Shown here: positions 18,387 through 27,714 of the stretch, piece by piece
Position numbering within the stretch: position 1 is the first letter of the stretch
How the letters are laid out: every line of letters starts with the position of its first letter
Source: an uncultured Nitrososphaerota archaeon
GTDB lineage: Archaea > Thermoproteota > EX4484-205 > JAAOZP01
DNA: 60,502 nt
Direction: 5' to 3'
Assembly: GCA_964616835.1 (NCBI GenBank)
Contig: CAZTSG010000003.1
Coordinates: 1 to 60,502, forward strand
Position numbers and translations under genes: made by a program
The notes under the pieces: generated by a model
Told to the model about the DNA's origin: nothing
Database searches by the model: none
Seen by the model: the letters and a program-made list of their open reading frames with translations, nothing else

Positions 18387-18779
18387 ATGGATGCTCCATG
18401 CTTAAGATACAAGTGTGTTAAGTGCTGTTTAGAAACGGAGATGCTCCTCTTAGAAGAGGATGTTGAACGTATAGGTAGTCTGGGTTTTAAAACGGAGTAT
18501 TTTGTTGTAGACAGGGATGGTTGGCTTTACTTAAGGAATGTTAACGGCAGGTGTGTTTTCAACGACGGTAAGAAATGCTCGATCTACGAGAACAGGCCTC
18601 TAGGGTGCAGGCTATATCCTATTGTGTACGATGAGGATTATGGTATTGTGACTCTAGATGACTATTGCCCTTACAGAGGCGAGTTTAAGTTTTCCAGGGC
18701 TGATGGGGATAAGGTGTTTTTCCTCGTCGAGAGGCTTAAGGATGAGAGGAGACTTAGAATGGCTCATAAAATCCCTTGA
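18387..18779 (+). CDS. YkgJ-family (UPF0153) cysteine-cluster protein
   Basis: N-terminal CLRYKCVKCC Cys cluster plus downstream GRCVF..KCSIYENRPLGCRLYP, typical of the CxxCxxCC zinc/iron-chelating domain. Confidence 0.65.
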   Translation: MDAPCLRYKCVKCCLETEMLLLEEDVERIGSLGFKTEYFVVDRDGWLYLRNVNGRCVFNDGKKCSIYENRPLGCRLYPIVYDEDYGIVTLDDYCPYRGEFKFSRADGDKVFFLVERLKDERRLRMAHKIP

Positions 18780-18857
18780 AAAAGAGTAGAGGCTTTCCTG
18801 AAGCAGAATAGAGAAAAACCTTATACTCTTGTTCCAGAAGCTTTTCCTTAAGCTTTC

Positions 18858-19550
18858 TCAAGTCCTTCTATTACTATTCTGTTTTAAGCGAAAAACTCTG
18901 GTTCGAAGGTCTCCAAGCCTTATTTTATCGAGAACCTGTTTTAAGCTGTCGACTTCATGCTCTCGCCTTGGAGGCTTAAAACGTTTTATAACGAGGCTCT
19001 TCATCCCCACGAATCTGGGTATTAAGAAATCGTACATGAAGTTATCCCCTACATGCAAGACTTCTTGGGGTTTAAAGCCAGTGTCAGAACAGACCTTAAC
19101 GTAGAATTCAGCAGTCTTGCGGGGCAACGAGTATGTTGAAACCGATGAGAATATTTTTGAAAAATATTTTTTGAAATCGTCTAACACTGCTTCCAAGAGT
19201 AGCATGGGAAGGTTTGACGAGACTATCAGACTATGGCTAGAAGACAGTTCAGCGATTACTGGCTCGACATCGGGAAATACCGTTATAAACGGCTTCAATT
19301 CTTTGAGAAGCTCTTCAACGCTTCCTTCGACACCAAGCCTCTTCATCCAGTACTCTGGCAGATACCACCTTACATCATCCGGGCTTATTGTTCCATACGT
19401 CTGTTTAACGTGAGAAAGAGCTTTTTCAAAAGGTACTCTGTGCTTCCTAGCGTATGCTGTAGGTATAAGCACATCCCAGAAGTATTTAACAGACCTTCCG
19501 TCTACGAGCGTCCCAGTAACATCTAGGGAAACAGCCTCTACACCATGCAA
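18858..19550 (-). CDS. HAD-superfamily hydrolase
   Basis: Motif I-like SLDVTGTLVD near the N-terminus and motif IV-like HVGDNFMYD. Confidence 0.7.
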   Translation of the reverse strand: MHGVEAVSLDVTGTLVDGRSVKYFWDVLIPTAYARKHRVPFEKALSHVKQTYGTISPDDVRWYLPEYWMKRLGVEGSVEELLKELKPFITVFPDVEPVIAELSSSHSLIVSSNLPMLLLEAVLDDFKKYFSKIFSSVSTYSLPRKTAEFYVKVCSDTGFKPQEVLHVGDNFMYDFLIPRFVGMKSLVIKRFKPPRREHEVDSLKQVLDKIRLGDLRTRVFRLKQNSNRRT

Positions 19551-19622
19551 AGCCTCAACTGCATTTGTTCAAACTATTTTTAAGTTTTTATTTTAAAGAT
19601 TGTTAGAAAAGCTAAAAAGACT

Positions 19623-20282
19623 GTGCGGAGGAGATATTCCCTCCTAATGGACGAAAGACTAGTTTGGACAGTGATTGTTGCAATACTACTGGCTATTCCC
19701 CTAGAGAAAGTTGCTTGTCAAAGGGCTTATGCCCAAGCCGAGTCCGATGCTTCTTCGCGCGGGATACTCGGAGACGTTTTGGATACAATTGGGCTGCACG
19801 GTCTTGTCGAAAACCTGTATTCGTTTAGAACCAAGGTTATTTACAGTAGCGGGCTTGACAACGAGTTTTTACAATGGCTTCTCCCTTATTACAGAGAATT
19901 CTCTAGAGCAGTATTGGAATCCCCCCTATGGCCCCTCAAGCTGGTTCTCCTTCCAGCAGCCCTCGTAATATCTTCCTGTCTCCCGCTTTATCCGCAGACA
20001 GGTCTGCTGGGAGTAGTGTTCGCCTCGGGCTTTCTAACCGGAATGGTGTATGTGTTTCCGCTCTTCCTGATTATCGAGGTCTTTTCTAAAGTAGGGCTGG
20101 TTGCTATGCACGGCAAGACCATGCTTAAAACGCTTCCAGTACTCTTCATCATTTCAGCACTCATCCTTCTTATTGCCTACGGGTATCCTAATGCTCCACT
20201 ACTGTTCGCAGCCTACGTAATTCTCACAGCTACGCTCTGGTTTACGTGGTTCCTGCCCATACTCTTATATTATTGGAGCTAA
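19623..20282 (+). CDS. Hypothetical polytopic membrane protein
   Basis: 219 aa with an N-terminal helix plus 4-5 C-terminal hydrophobic helices. No family recognised. Confidence 0.5.
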   Translation: MRRRYSLLMDERLVWTVIVAILLAIPLEKVACQRAYAQAESDASSRGILGDVLDTIGLHGLVENLYSFRTKVIYSSGLDNEFLQWLLPYYREFSRAVLESPLWPLKLVLLPAALVISSCLPLYPQTGLLGVVFASGFLTGMVYVFPLFLIIEVFSKVGLVAMHGKTMLKTLPVLFIISALILLIAYGYPNAPLLFAAYVILTATLWFTWFLPILLYYWS

Positions 20283-20324
20283 CTGCAGTAATCAGGGTAA
20301 AGTTTAAACACTGGTTTTAAACGG

Positions 20325-21665
20325 ATGATGCGAGAATTGAAGCCTGAGAGAATATTGTTAACAGTGCTCGACGGTCTGGGAGACCATGCTTGCAAAGAAT
20401 TAGAAGGGTTCACACCGCTTGAGAAAGCATACTCTAGCGGAGCCAGGAGGCTAAAGGAGAATGGTTCTCAAGGTCTTATGAACGTGATATCTCCGGGAGT
20501 GCCTCCGAGCAGCGACGTTTCCCATCTGATCATGTTCGGATACGATGTTGAGGAGGAATACTTCGGAAGGGGACCGATAGAAGCCCTCGGGGAAGGTGTT
20601 GAATTGAGGGAGGGCGAGGTAGCTTTCAGGGGGAATCTTGCAACAGTAAGGATTGAGAACAATCACCCAATTGTAGTTGACAGGAGGGCTGGGAGAATAA
20701 GCGGTGAACAGACTAGGGAGCTCGTGGAGTATTTGAACGATGAAGTGAAATGCTCAGAAGACTGCAAGGTTGTCTTCAAACCTTTATCGGAGCACAGATT
20801 CGTGATGATCGTCTCCGGAGAAGGGTTGTCGCACGAGGTCACGGACAACGACCCCCATGCAGAGGGGAAGCCTATACTCCTATGCCAGCCACTGGAGGAA
20901 GCTAAGGATAAGAAGGGTGCTGAGAAGCTTGCGAAAATAGTTAACGATGTGACTATCCAGGCTATTGAAAAACTCAGTAAGCATGAATTGAATAGGAAGA
21001 GGAGGGGTAGCAAGCTTCCCGAAGCCAATGCCATACTTGTAAGGAGCGCTGGGACAATGAGGAGGATGAGGAGCTTTGAGGAGAAGTGGGATTTGAAAGC
21101 AGCATGCGTCGCCGCGGGGCCGCTCTACAGGGGTGTTGCGAAAGCAGTTGGAATGGATGTTTACGATGTCGAGGGCGCCAACGGGCTTCTCAACACTAAT
21201 ATTGAGGGGAAGGTTTCTAAGGCGCTGGAGCTACTGAATTCTTATGACTTTGTCTACCTTCATTTCAAGGGCACTGATGTCGCAAGCCACAGCAAGAACC
21301 CTGTTGCGAAATACAAGTTTATCAAACGGTTCTACGACAGCCTGAGGCTTATCGACGACTTCGTTTTAAACAGTACTACGATAGTCGTCACCGGAGACCA
21401 CACGACCCCCTGTGATAGAGGAATGCACACTGGAGAACCAGTCCCCATACTCATCGCTTCAAAAGGCTTAAGGAGCGATGCGACCAAGGTTTTCTCAGAA
21501 AGAGAAGCTGCTTACGGTGGGCTTGGGAGAATCAGGGGGTGTGACGTTATGCCCATCCTACTGGACTCCATAGAGAAAACCGTAGAATACGGAACGAGAC
21601 CCTCACCGAGGAGAGTAAACTACATGCCTAAGAGGCTAATGTATCTCAGCATAACGAGATTTTAA
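20325..21665 (+). CDS. apgM: 2,3-bisphosphoglycerate-independent phosphoglycerate mutase, archaeal type
   Basis: LTVLDGLGD, SDVSHLIMFGYD..YFGRGPIEALG, FRGNLATV, HFKGTDVASH and VTGDHTTP metalloenzyme motifs. Confidence 0.85.
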   Translation: MMRELKPERILLTVLDGLGDHACKELEGFTPLEKAYSSGARRLKENGSQGLMNVISPGVPPSSDVSHLIMFGYDVEEEYFGRGPIEALGEGVELREGEVAFRGNLATVRIENNHPIVVDRRAGRISGEQTRELVEYLNDEVKCSEDCKVVFKPLSEHRFVMIVSGEGLSHEVTDNDPHAEGKPILLCQPLEEAKDKKGAEKLAKIVNDVTIQAIEKLSKHELNRKRRGSKLPEANAILVRSAGTMRRMRSFEEKWDLKAACVAAGPLYRGVAKAVGMDVYDVEGANGLLNTNIEGKVSKALELLNSYDFVYLHFKGTDVASHSKNPVAKYKFIKRFYDSLRLIDDFVLNSTTIVVTGDHTTPCDRGMHTGEPVPILIASKGLRSDATKVFSEREAAYGGLGRIRGCDVMPILLDSIEKTVEYGTRPSPRRVNYMPKRLMYLSITRF

Positions 21666-21752
21666 AAACAGATTATTCTACAAATGGTTAGAAACAAAAA
21701 ATAATAAACGTTTTCAACAATACAGTGTTCAGCATTTCGAAAGCAGGAGGAG

Positions 21753-23672
21753 ATGGAAGTGGCGAAGTATGTAGTGAGGCATGATGACAACCCTATCCTA
21801 GTGCCTATTAGAGAGCATGCCTGGGAAACGTTTGCTGTTTTCAATCCCTGCGTAATAAAGAGAGGAGGCTTCTACTACATGCTTTACAGAGCAATCTCTT
21901 CCTCAGATCTTTTGAGAAAACAAGGGTCCAGCTTCAGTTCCATAGGGATAGCGAAGAGCAAGGACGGTATACATTTCACTGACAGGAGGAGGTTCATAAC
22001 GCCTGAGGAATGGTGGGAGAGGTTCGGATGCGAAGACCCGCGGGTAACTTTCATCGACGGAAAATACTATATTCTGTATACGGCCATATCTACGCTGCCG
22101 CCTACTCCGGAAGGGATAAGAGTCGGGCTTGCAGTAAGCAGGGATTTGGAGAAGATTGATGAGAAACACTTAGTCACGCCTTTTAACGCTAAGGCTGCGG
22201 CGCTCTTTCCTGAGAGGATTAAGGGCAAGCTGACGATGGTATTGACGGTGAATACTGACAGGCCTCCAGCATACATAGGGATTGCCCAGCTTGGAGACGA
22301 TTGTTCAACATGGTATGGCGAGTTTGAAAAGTGGTATAGGGAGTTGAAGGATCATGTTCTAACCCCGGACCCAAGGAGGTCGACGATGGACCATATTGAA
22401 GTCGGAGCACCACCAATCAGGATAGATGAGGGTTGGCTGCTGATATACTCGTATATTCAGAACTACTTTTCCCCAAATCCCGGAGACAGAATCTTCGGGG
22501 TCGAGGCTCTAATACTTGACCATGATGATCCGAGGAAGATTATTGCTAAAACTGAGTATCCCTTCCTCGTGGCTGAAGAGTATTACGAGTACTGGGGGCA
22601 TGTGTCGAAAGTAGTTTTTCCAACATCCGCCCTCCGTGAGAAGGATGAGATAATGCTTTACTACGGTGCTGCCGATACTGTGTGCTGCTTAGCGACGATC
22701 GGAGTTAAGGAGCTAATTGAAATAATCCGCTCTAGGACTGAACAGGTTTTCGAAAGGTTTTCCGAGAACCCGATAATAAGGCCCGATGGAAGGCATGACT
22801 GGGAGGCACTTGCCACTTTCAACCCTGCCGCGATAGAGCTCAACGACAAGATCTACATTTTCTACAGAGCGTTATCCAAGGATAAGACCTCTTACATAGG
22901 GCTCGCCGTCACCGAAGACGGCTTCAGAATAATCGAGAGACTGGAGGAGCCGGTGTATTCGCCGCGGGAGGGGTTTGAAATGAAGCTGACCCCAGGGCAC
23001 TCGGGCTGTGAGGATCCGCGTGTAGTAAGGATTGGAGACAGGCTATACATGTTCTACACTGCTTACGATAACGTTAACCCGCCTAAGGTAGCCTTGACGT
23101 CAATAAGCGTCAAGGATTTTCTCAAGAGGGATTGGAATTGGACTAAGCCGAAAATAATTTCGCCCCCCGGCATGGACGACAAGGATGCGTGCGTGATACC
23201 TGAGAAGATTAACGGCAAGTATATGTTTATTCACAGGGCTGGAGGCATAAACATCGTCTTCGATTACGTGGATTCGCTCGACGATATCGATCCTAACAAG
23301 CTTGTGTCCTTTAAGCTCTTGAGGCCAAGGGCTGGGATGTGGGACGGTAAGAAGGTTGGCTTGGCAGCTCCGCCGATTAAAACACCCAAGGGCTGGCTGG
23401 TTTTCTACCACGGGGTTTCCCACGACAATGTTTACAGGGTTGGCGCAATGCTCTTGGATTTGAAGAATCCGGAGAACGTTATAGCTAGGACTTCACAAGC
23501 GATCCTGGAGCCCTCAACAGTCTACGAGAAGGAGGGGTATACTAGGAACGTTGTCTTCCCATGTGGCGCGGTTGTCAGGAGCGATAAAGTATACTTATAC
23601 TACGGTGCTGCAGACTACTCTGTATGCGTCGCGACAGCATCGTTGAAAAAAATAATGTCGATACTACTATGA
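21753..23672 (+). CDS. Tandem double GH130-family (DUF377, PH1107-related glycosidase/phosphorylase) protein
   Basis: Two full repeats of the GH130 pattern: (1) NPIL..WETFAVFNP..YRA..GCEDPRVT..LYYGAADTVCCLAT and (2) NPIIRP..WEALATFNP..YRA..GCEDPRVV..YLYYGAADYSVCVAT. Confidence 0.8.
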   Translation: MEVAKYVVRHDDNPILVPIREHAWETFAVFNPCVIKRGGFYYMLYRAISSSDLLRKQGSSFSSIGIAKSKDGIHFTDRRRFITPEEWWERFGCEDPRVTFIDGKYYILYTAISTLPPTPEGIRVGLAVSRDLEKIDEKHLVTPFNAKAAALFPERIKGKLTMVLTVNTDRPPAYIGIAQLGDDCSTWYGEFEKWYRELKDHVLTPDPRRSTMDHIEVGAPPIRIDEGWLLIYSYIQNYFSPNPGDRIFGVEALILDHDDPRKIIAKTEYPFLVAEEYYEYWGHVSKVVFPTSALREKDEIMLYYGAADTVCCLATIGVKELIEIIRSRTEQVFERFSENPIIRPDGRHDWEALATFNPAAIELNDKIYIFYRALSKDKTSYIGLAVTEDGFRIIERLEEPVYSPREGFEMKLTPGHSGCEDPRVVRIGDRLYMFYTAYDNVNPPKVALTSISVKDFLKRDWNWTKPKIISPPGMDDKDACVIPEKINGKYMFIHRAGGINIVFDYVDSLDDIDPNKLVSFKLLRPRAGMWDGKKVGLAAPPIKTPKGWLVFYHGVSHDNVYRVGAMLLDLKNPENVIARTSQAILEPSTVYEKEGYTRNVVFPCGAVVRSDKVYLYYGAADYSVCVATASLKKIMSILL

Positions 23673-23676
23673 GTGT

Positions 23677-24792
23677 TCAAAAGATTGTTTTAGAATGGTT
23701 TAAAAGCCCGTCTAGAAACTCGTCGATGTAGGCGGTTGCCACGCAGACGAACATGTCGTTAGCACCGTAGTACACGTACAGCTTATCGTTACGCAAGACT
23801 GCGCCGCAGGGATATGCGATCCTACCCTCATAAGGGGATTCTGGTTCGAGGATGGGTGTTTTAGACCTGCATACCACTCTAGTCGGATCCTTAAGGTCTA
23901 GGAGCATTGCGCCGATCCTATACCTATAATAAGGATCCTTTTCATCAACCCCGTAGTATATTCCAAGCCATCCCTCCCTCGTCTTAATTGGAGGAGCTCC
24001 CATGCCTATTTTCAAACTGTCCCAAGTACCCTTCCTAGGCGGAATCTCGTACTCTGGTTGTAGAAACCTCGTACTTCCATCCAAGTCCTTCAAATCCTTG
24101 ACGAAGTCTATGAAGATCGAGGGGAATATTCTGAAGAAAACAACATAATTGCCGTCTATCTTCTCGGGGAGTATGCACGCACTCTTGACGGTTATTCCGG
24201 GAGGCGATACTATTCTAGGCTCTTCCCAATTCCATTTCTTCGCAAAGTCCTGAGTGGATATGGATGTTAAAGCTATCCTCGGGTTACTCCTACCGCTGAA
24301 AAAGACGTAGCACATGTATATCTTAGAATCATCCTCTATCTTCGTCACCCTAGGGTCTTCGCATCCGAAGCTGTAACACCAGTAGCTTGAGACAAACCTT
24401 TTCTCCAGAACACAATCATCAGGCACATAGTCTAGAGAAACCTCGTAAACAGGCCTATGATACTTTTTAAAACGGATACCGTCATCACTAACTGCATACC
24501 CAATTCTTGAAACAGAATCCCTACCTATGGCTCTGTAAAGCAAATGGATTTTTCCACCGAGATTTATCGCAGCAGGGTTAAAAGTCGCCACCGCTTCCCA
24601 ATTATTCTCTCCAGAAGGCCATACTACTGGAGTTGCTACTTTAGAAAGCCTTGGAGCCTCTTTCTCAAACACCATAGGCTTTTTGGACACTATTTTCCTT
24701 CCGAATATTCTGCCCCAGAATTTTTTCAGGCTAAATCCTTCTCTCAAAAAAGGAGTCTTTATAAGAGTGCGAAAATGTTTCCCTCTAACCAT
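23677..24792 (-). CDS. GH130-family (DUF377) glycosidase/phosphorylase, single domain
   Basis: WEAVATFNPAAI..LYRA, GCEDPRVT, ALTSISTQDF..WNW, YVYYGANDMFVCVAT. It is closely similar to the second domain of the convergent neighbour. About 45 aa of N-terminal extension are of uncertain reality. Confidence 0.8.
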   Translation of the reverse strand: MVRGKHFRTLIKTPFLREGFSLKKFWGRIFGRKIVSKKPMVFEKEAPRLSKVATPVVWPSGENNWEAVATFNPAAINLGGKIHLLYRAIGRDSVSRIGYAVSDDGIRFKKYHRPVYEVSLDYVPDDCVLEKRFVSSYWCYSFGCEDPRVTKIEDDSKIYMCYVFFSGRSNPRIALTSISTQDFAKKWNWEEPRIVSPPGITVKSACILPEKIDGNYVVFFRIFPSIFIDFVKDLKDLDGSTRFLQPEYEIPPRKGTWDSLKIGMGAPPIKTREGWLGIYYGVDEKDPYYRYRIGAMLLDLKDPTRVVCRSKTPILEPESPYEGRIAYPCGAVLRNDKLYVYYGANDMFVCVATAYIDEFLDGLLNHSKTIF

Positions 24793-24984
24793 ATGTCAAC
24801 CCCCCGACACCCCCAGCATAATATATAGAAGATTAAGAATCTGATTTTAAACTTTATGGAAGTATTTGGATTAAGAATGAAAATGGCTACATGAGACAAC
24901 AGTTGTTACGAAAATATTTTTATAGTGAAAACCTATATTTCTTGACGCTCTGAGACACTTTGCAATTTTAAAATTATTAAAGGC

Positions 24985-26334
24985 TCAGCTTAGGAATCCA
25001 GCCATGCTACCCTTTTCTAAGAAACCTTCTATCTCCCCGTATACGCCATCGTAACCCGGCCTAATCCTAATCTTATCCTCCCTAACCATCCTTATCGCGT
25101 AAGCCAGCTTCCTATCATGCTTCTCAACCTCTTCTAGCCGGGCCTCGAGGAGTATACGGTATTCGCTTCCAAACCTTCTTATCAAATCATAATACATGTT
25201 CCAGGCCTTCTTAGAATCAGGATTAACAGAGTATACGTATCCTATTATCTCGGAGAGCGGTATGAGGTGGACGTAATCCGAAGCATCCCTAGGCCTCACC
25301 CCCTTAGAGCGGTCTGCAAGCTCCTCGATATGTGTTTCAACACCCGATGTAAGCTTCTTTCCACACACTGGGCAGATACCTTTCAGCTCAAAGTACTTAG
25401 CTGGGTCAGCGGAGAAAGAGCAACCCCTGTGCCCAGGGTAATGGTACTTACCGTACTCCGGGTGGGTTTCAATAGTGAGTATTATTCTAGACCTGCCCTG
25501 CTTACGGATCGCATTTAGTATGCTCTTATAGCTCAAATCCTCCAAGAGCATGAGGTTAGCCTCCCTGCCGAGCCTCCAAGGATAGTAGGAGTGAGAATCG
25601 CTGTTCGAAACCAATACGTAGCGATCATTGCCTGAAACCCTCCAGTTCATCGGAGGATCTGACGACAACCCCGTTTCGAGAGCATGTATCTCGCCATGCT
25701 TATCCTTATAGCAATCCTTTACGCTAGTGTAGCCGTGTGCTCCGAAGATGCTGAAGTGCGGAGTCCAGACGTGAGCCGGGAAGACCTCGATGTCTTTCGA
25801 AACGCTCTTCAATATTTCGACGAGCTCGGGGGAGCTGCATTCGAGCAAAGGCCTACCGTCGGCACTCAAGTCCCCCATGTGTTTCAGAGCGTCGCAAGCC
25901 TGTTCGACAGCCTCGAAGTCTGGGAAAAGCACTACGTGATGTATCCTCTTAACAGCATCCTTTTCTCGGTAGACAGTGTTAACCTCTCCTTGAATCAGGA
26001 AGAGCGTAGCCTGATCCGGGTTCTTCTCGCTCTTAAGCCTGTAGAGGCCAGGGTGGGATTCGACAAGCTTTTTCTTAAGCTCTCTCAACCATTTTGGATG
26101 GGTACAGTCTCCGGTTCCAACAATGTTCAAACCCTTCATCTTAGCGCAGAAAGCAACGTTTTCCAGAGTCATGTCCGCGCTAGTAGCCCTGCTATATTTG
26201 GAGTGGATATGCATGTCGACGTAGTAGGACGGTTTGTCCCTCAACTCCCTGAGGAGTTGGTCAACCCGGGTTGAGGCTGAGAGGAGCTCCGAAGACTCGG
26301 TGGAGAGATTATTCATTTTCAAATACGAGGACAA
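24985..26334 (-). CDS. endoQ: Endonuclease Q (PHP-domain, TIGR00375-type)
   Basis: VDMHIHSKYSRATS, GLNIVGTGDCTHPKW, RIHHVVLFP, FPAHVWTPHFS, SNSDSHS..LGREAN, GKYHY, Zn-finger CPVCGKKL, and C-terminal PGYDGVYGEI. The pattern matches my recollection of Pyrococcus EndoQ along the whole length. Confidence 0.8.
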   Translation of the reverse strand: MSSYLKMNNLSTESSELLSASTRVDQLLRELRDKPSYYVDMHIHSKYSRATSADMTLENVAFCAKMKGLNIVGTGDCTHPKWLRELKKKLVESHPGLYRLKSEKNPDQATLFLIQGEVNTVYREKDAVKRIHHVVLFPDFEAVEQACDALKHMGDLSADGRPLLECSSPELVEILKSVSKDIEVFPAHVWTPHFSIFGAHGYTSVKDCYKDKHGEIHALETGLSSDPPMNWRVSGNDRYVLVSNSDSHSYYPWRLGREANLMLLEDLSYKSILNAIRKQGRSRIILTIETHPEYGKYHYPGHRGCSFSADPAKYFELKGICPVCGKKLTSGVETHIEELADRSKGVRPRDASDYVHLIPLSEIIGYVYSVNPDSKKAWNMYYDLIRRFGSEYRILLEARLEEVEKHDRKLAYAIRMVREDKIRIRPGYDGVYGEIEGFLEKGSMAGFLS

Positions 26335-26450
26335 TAACCTATATTTTAGCCATCAGCCTAATAAGGTTTACCGGATTTTAAGTTTCTGCAAGTCAACCTC
26401 TGATCGATTCTTTAATTCTAAAAGCAGCACACGCTCTAAGCTTATGCGTA

Positions 26451-26978
26451 TCATTGAAAAAGAATAAGCCATCTAGGCTTCAGTCTTCTTCCAAAAAATC
26501 TTCCCCAAATCCAAAGCACCGTTCCGAGAATGAGCAGTATTATTGAGAGATGCGTTAAATCGCTTTCGAAACCCCAAAAGGTTAAGACTACTTCCCCATC
26601 CACTGTTGATTCACCCCTATTCCTCACAACAATATAGTATTCTCCCCTGACCGGTATTTCGAAATTAAACGTCCCGCCCCCTAATCCTTTAAACTCCCTT
26701 AAAGGAGTCGCATCCCCAGAACTCATGAACAAATCGTAATTGGACCTGTCGAAGATCAGAAGATCTATTTCCCCACTGATTAAGTAAACGGCTATCCTAA
26801 CGTTTCTAGGAGGCCACATTGGAGGAAAATGTAGGAAAGAAGTATAATTGCTTGGAAGGCCAAAACGGTAGGTGAAAATTGGGGTGGAGAGGCCACGCAT
26901 AACTGTTAAAATCGAAACCCCTAAGCCAATCATCACAATCACCGTCCCTATGTAACTCAGTTTCGAATAGCTAGTCAA
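26451..26978 (-). CDS. Hypothetical bitopic protein: N-terminal anchor, ~110-aa beta-rich ectodomain, C-terminal TM with short basic tail
   Basis: Last gene of the operon; it overlaps the permease gene by 8 nt. No family recognised with confidence. Confidence 0.5.
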   Translation of the reverse strand: MTSYSKLSYIGTVIVMIGLGVSILTVMRGLSTPIFTYRFGLPSNYTSFLHFPPMWPPRNVRIAVYLISGEIDLLIFDRSNYDLFMSSGDATPLREFKGLGGGTFNFEIPVRGEYYIVVRNRGESTVDGEVVLTFWGFESDLTHLSIILLILGTVLWIWGRFFGRRLKPRWLILFQ

Positions 26979-27714
26979 GCTGCAACACCTCCTTCATGAA
27001 GAAGAATGCAAAAGAGAGAAGAGCAAGGGGGAGGAAAAAGTGTAGGAGTATTATACCCCAGGTGTAGACAGTTACCTCCCCGCAGAGAATAAGCTTCAAC
27101 AATATATACATAGGGTCGAGGTTTGGAGGATTTACATTGCTTATCATTATAGAAACGTTCATCAGCATGATGTTTTCTAGAAAGTATATTGTTATCGCTA
27201 TAATCACGGCTCCAAACCTGCTTTTAAGAACAATGCTCATAAGAATAGTTATCGAAGCGAATAGAAGAAGAGATAGTGCATCTACTATAACTATTGACAA
27301 GACTGTAATAGGGAGTATTGATGCAGTTATGATCCACATGAAGAGCAGTGTAGAAGCGAAATCTATTAACAGTATTATTGAGAAATTAGTTATAAACTTT
27401 ACAGCGAAAATAATCTCCTTCCTCAACGGGAGAGTTAATTCTCCCATTAAGACATCCTGCTCAATATCCCTGCCGAAAGCGTTAGCGAAAGTTAAGATTG
27501 TTACCAAGTATAGAAGTAATGATTTAAAGCCCCCTATGGTGGAAAGAGCTACTTCGAAAACGGATTCCTGAGTCACCATCGGGGTTGCGCTCCCAGGGCC
27601 TCCTATGATGAACAGCATGAGTATTAGCCCCAAGTATGGGGCAGTCCAGACTCTCTCAAGCTCAAACCTGACAGTTTCAAGCATTGAAGAATATCTGGCG
27701 GATTTAACCACCAT
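26971..27714 (-). CDS. ABC-2 type transporter permease
   Basis: 247 aa, about six hydrophobic helices with a longer first loop. It is coupled to the ATPase gene by an 11-nt overlap. Confidence 0.65.
   Translation of the reverse strand: MVVKSARYSSMLETVRFELERVWTAPYLGLILMLFIIGGPGSATPMVTQESVFEVALSTIGGFKSLLLYLVTILTFANAFGRDIEQDVLMGELTLPLRKEIIFAVKFITNFSIILLIDFASTLLFMWIITASILPITVLSIVIVDALSLLLFASITILMSIVLKSRFGAVIIAITIYFLENIMLMNVSIMISNVNPPNLDPMYILLKLILCGEVTVYTWGIILLHFFLPLALLSFAFFFMKEVLQLD

Noticed and set aside
25684-26274. 196-aa plus-strand ORF
   Set aside because: It is antisense to EndoQ, whose motifs are continuous over the whole minus-strand ORF.
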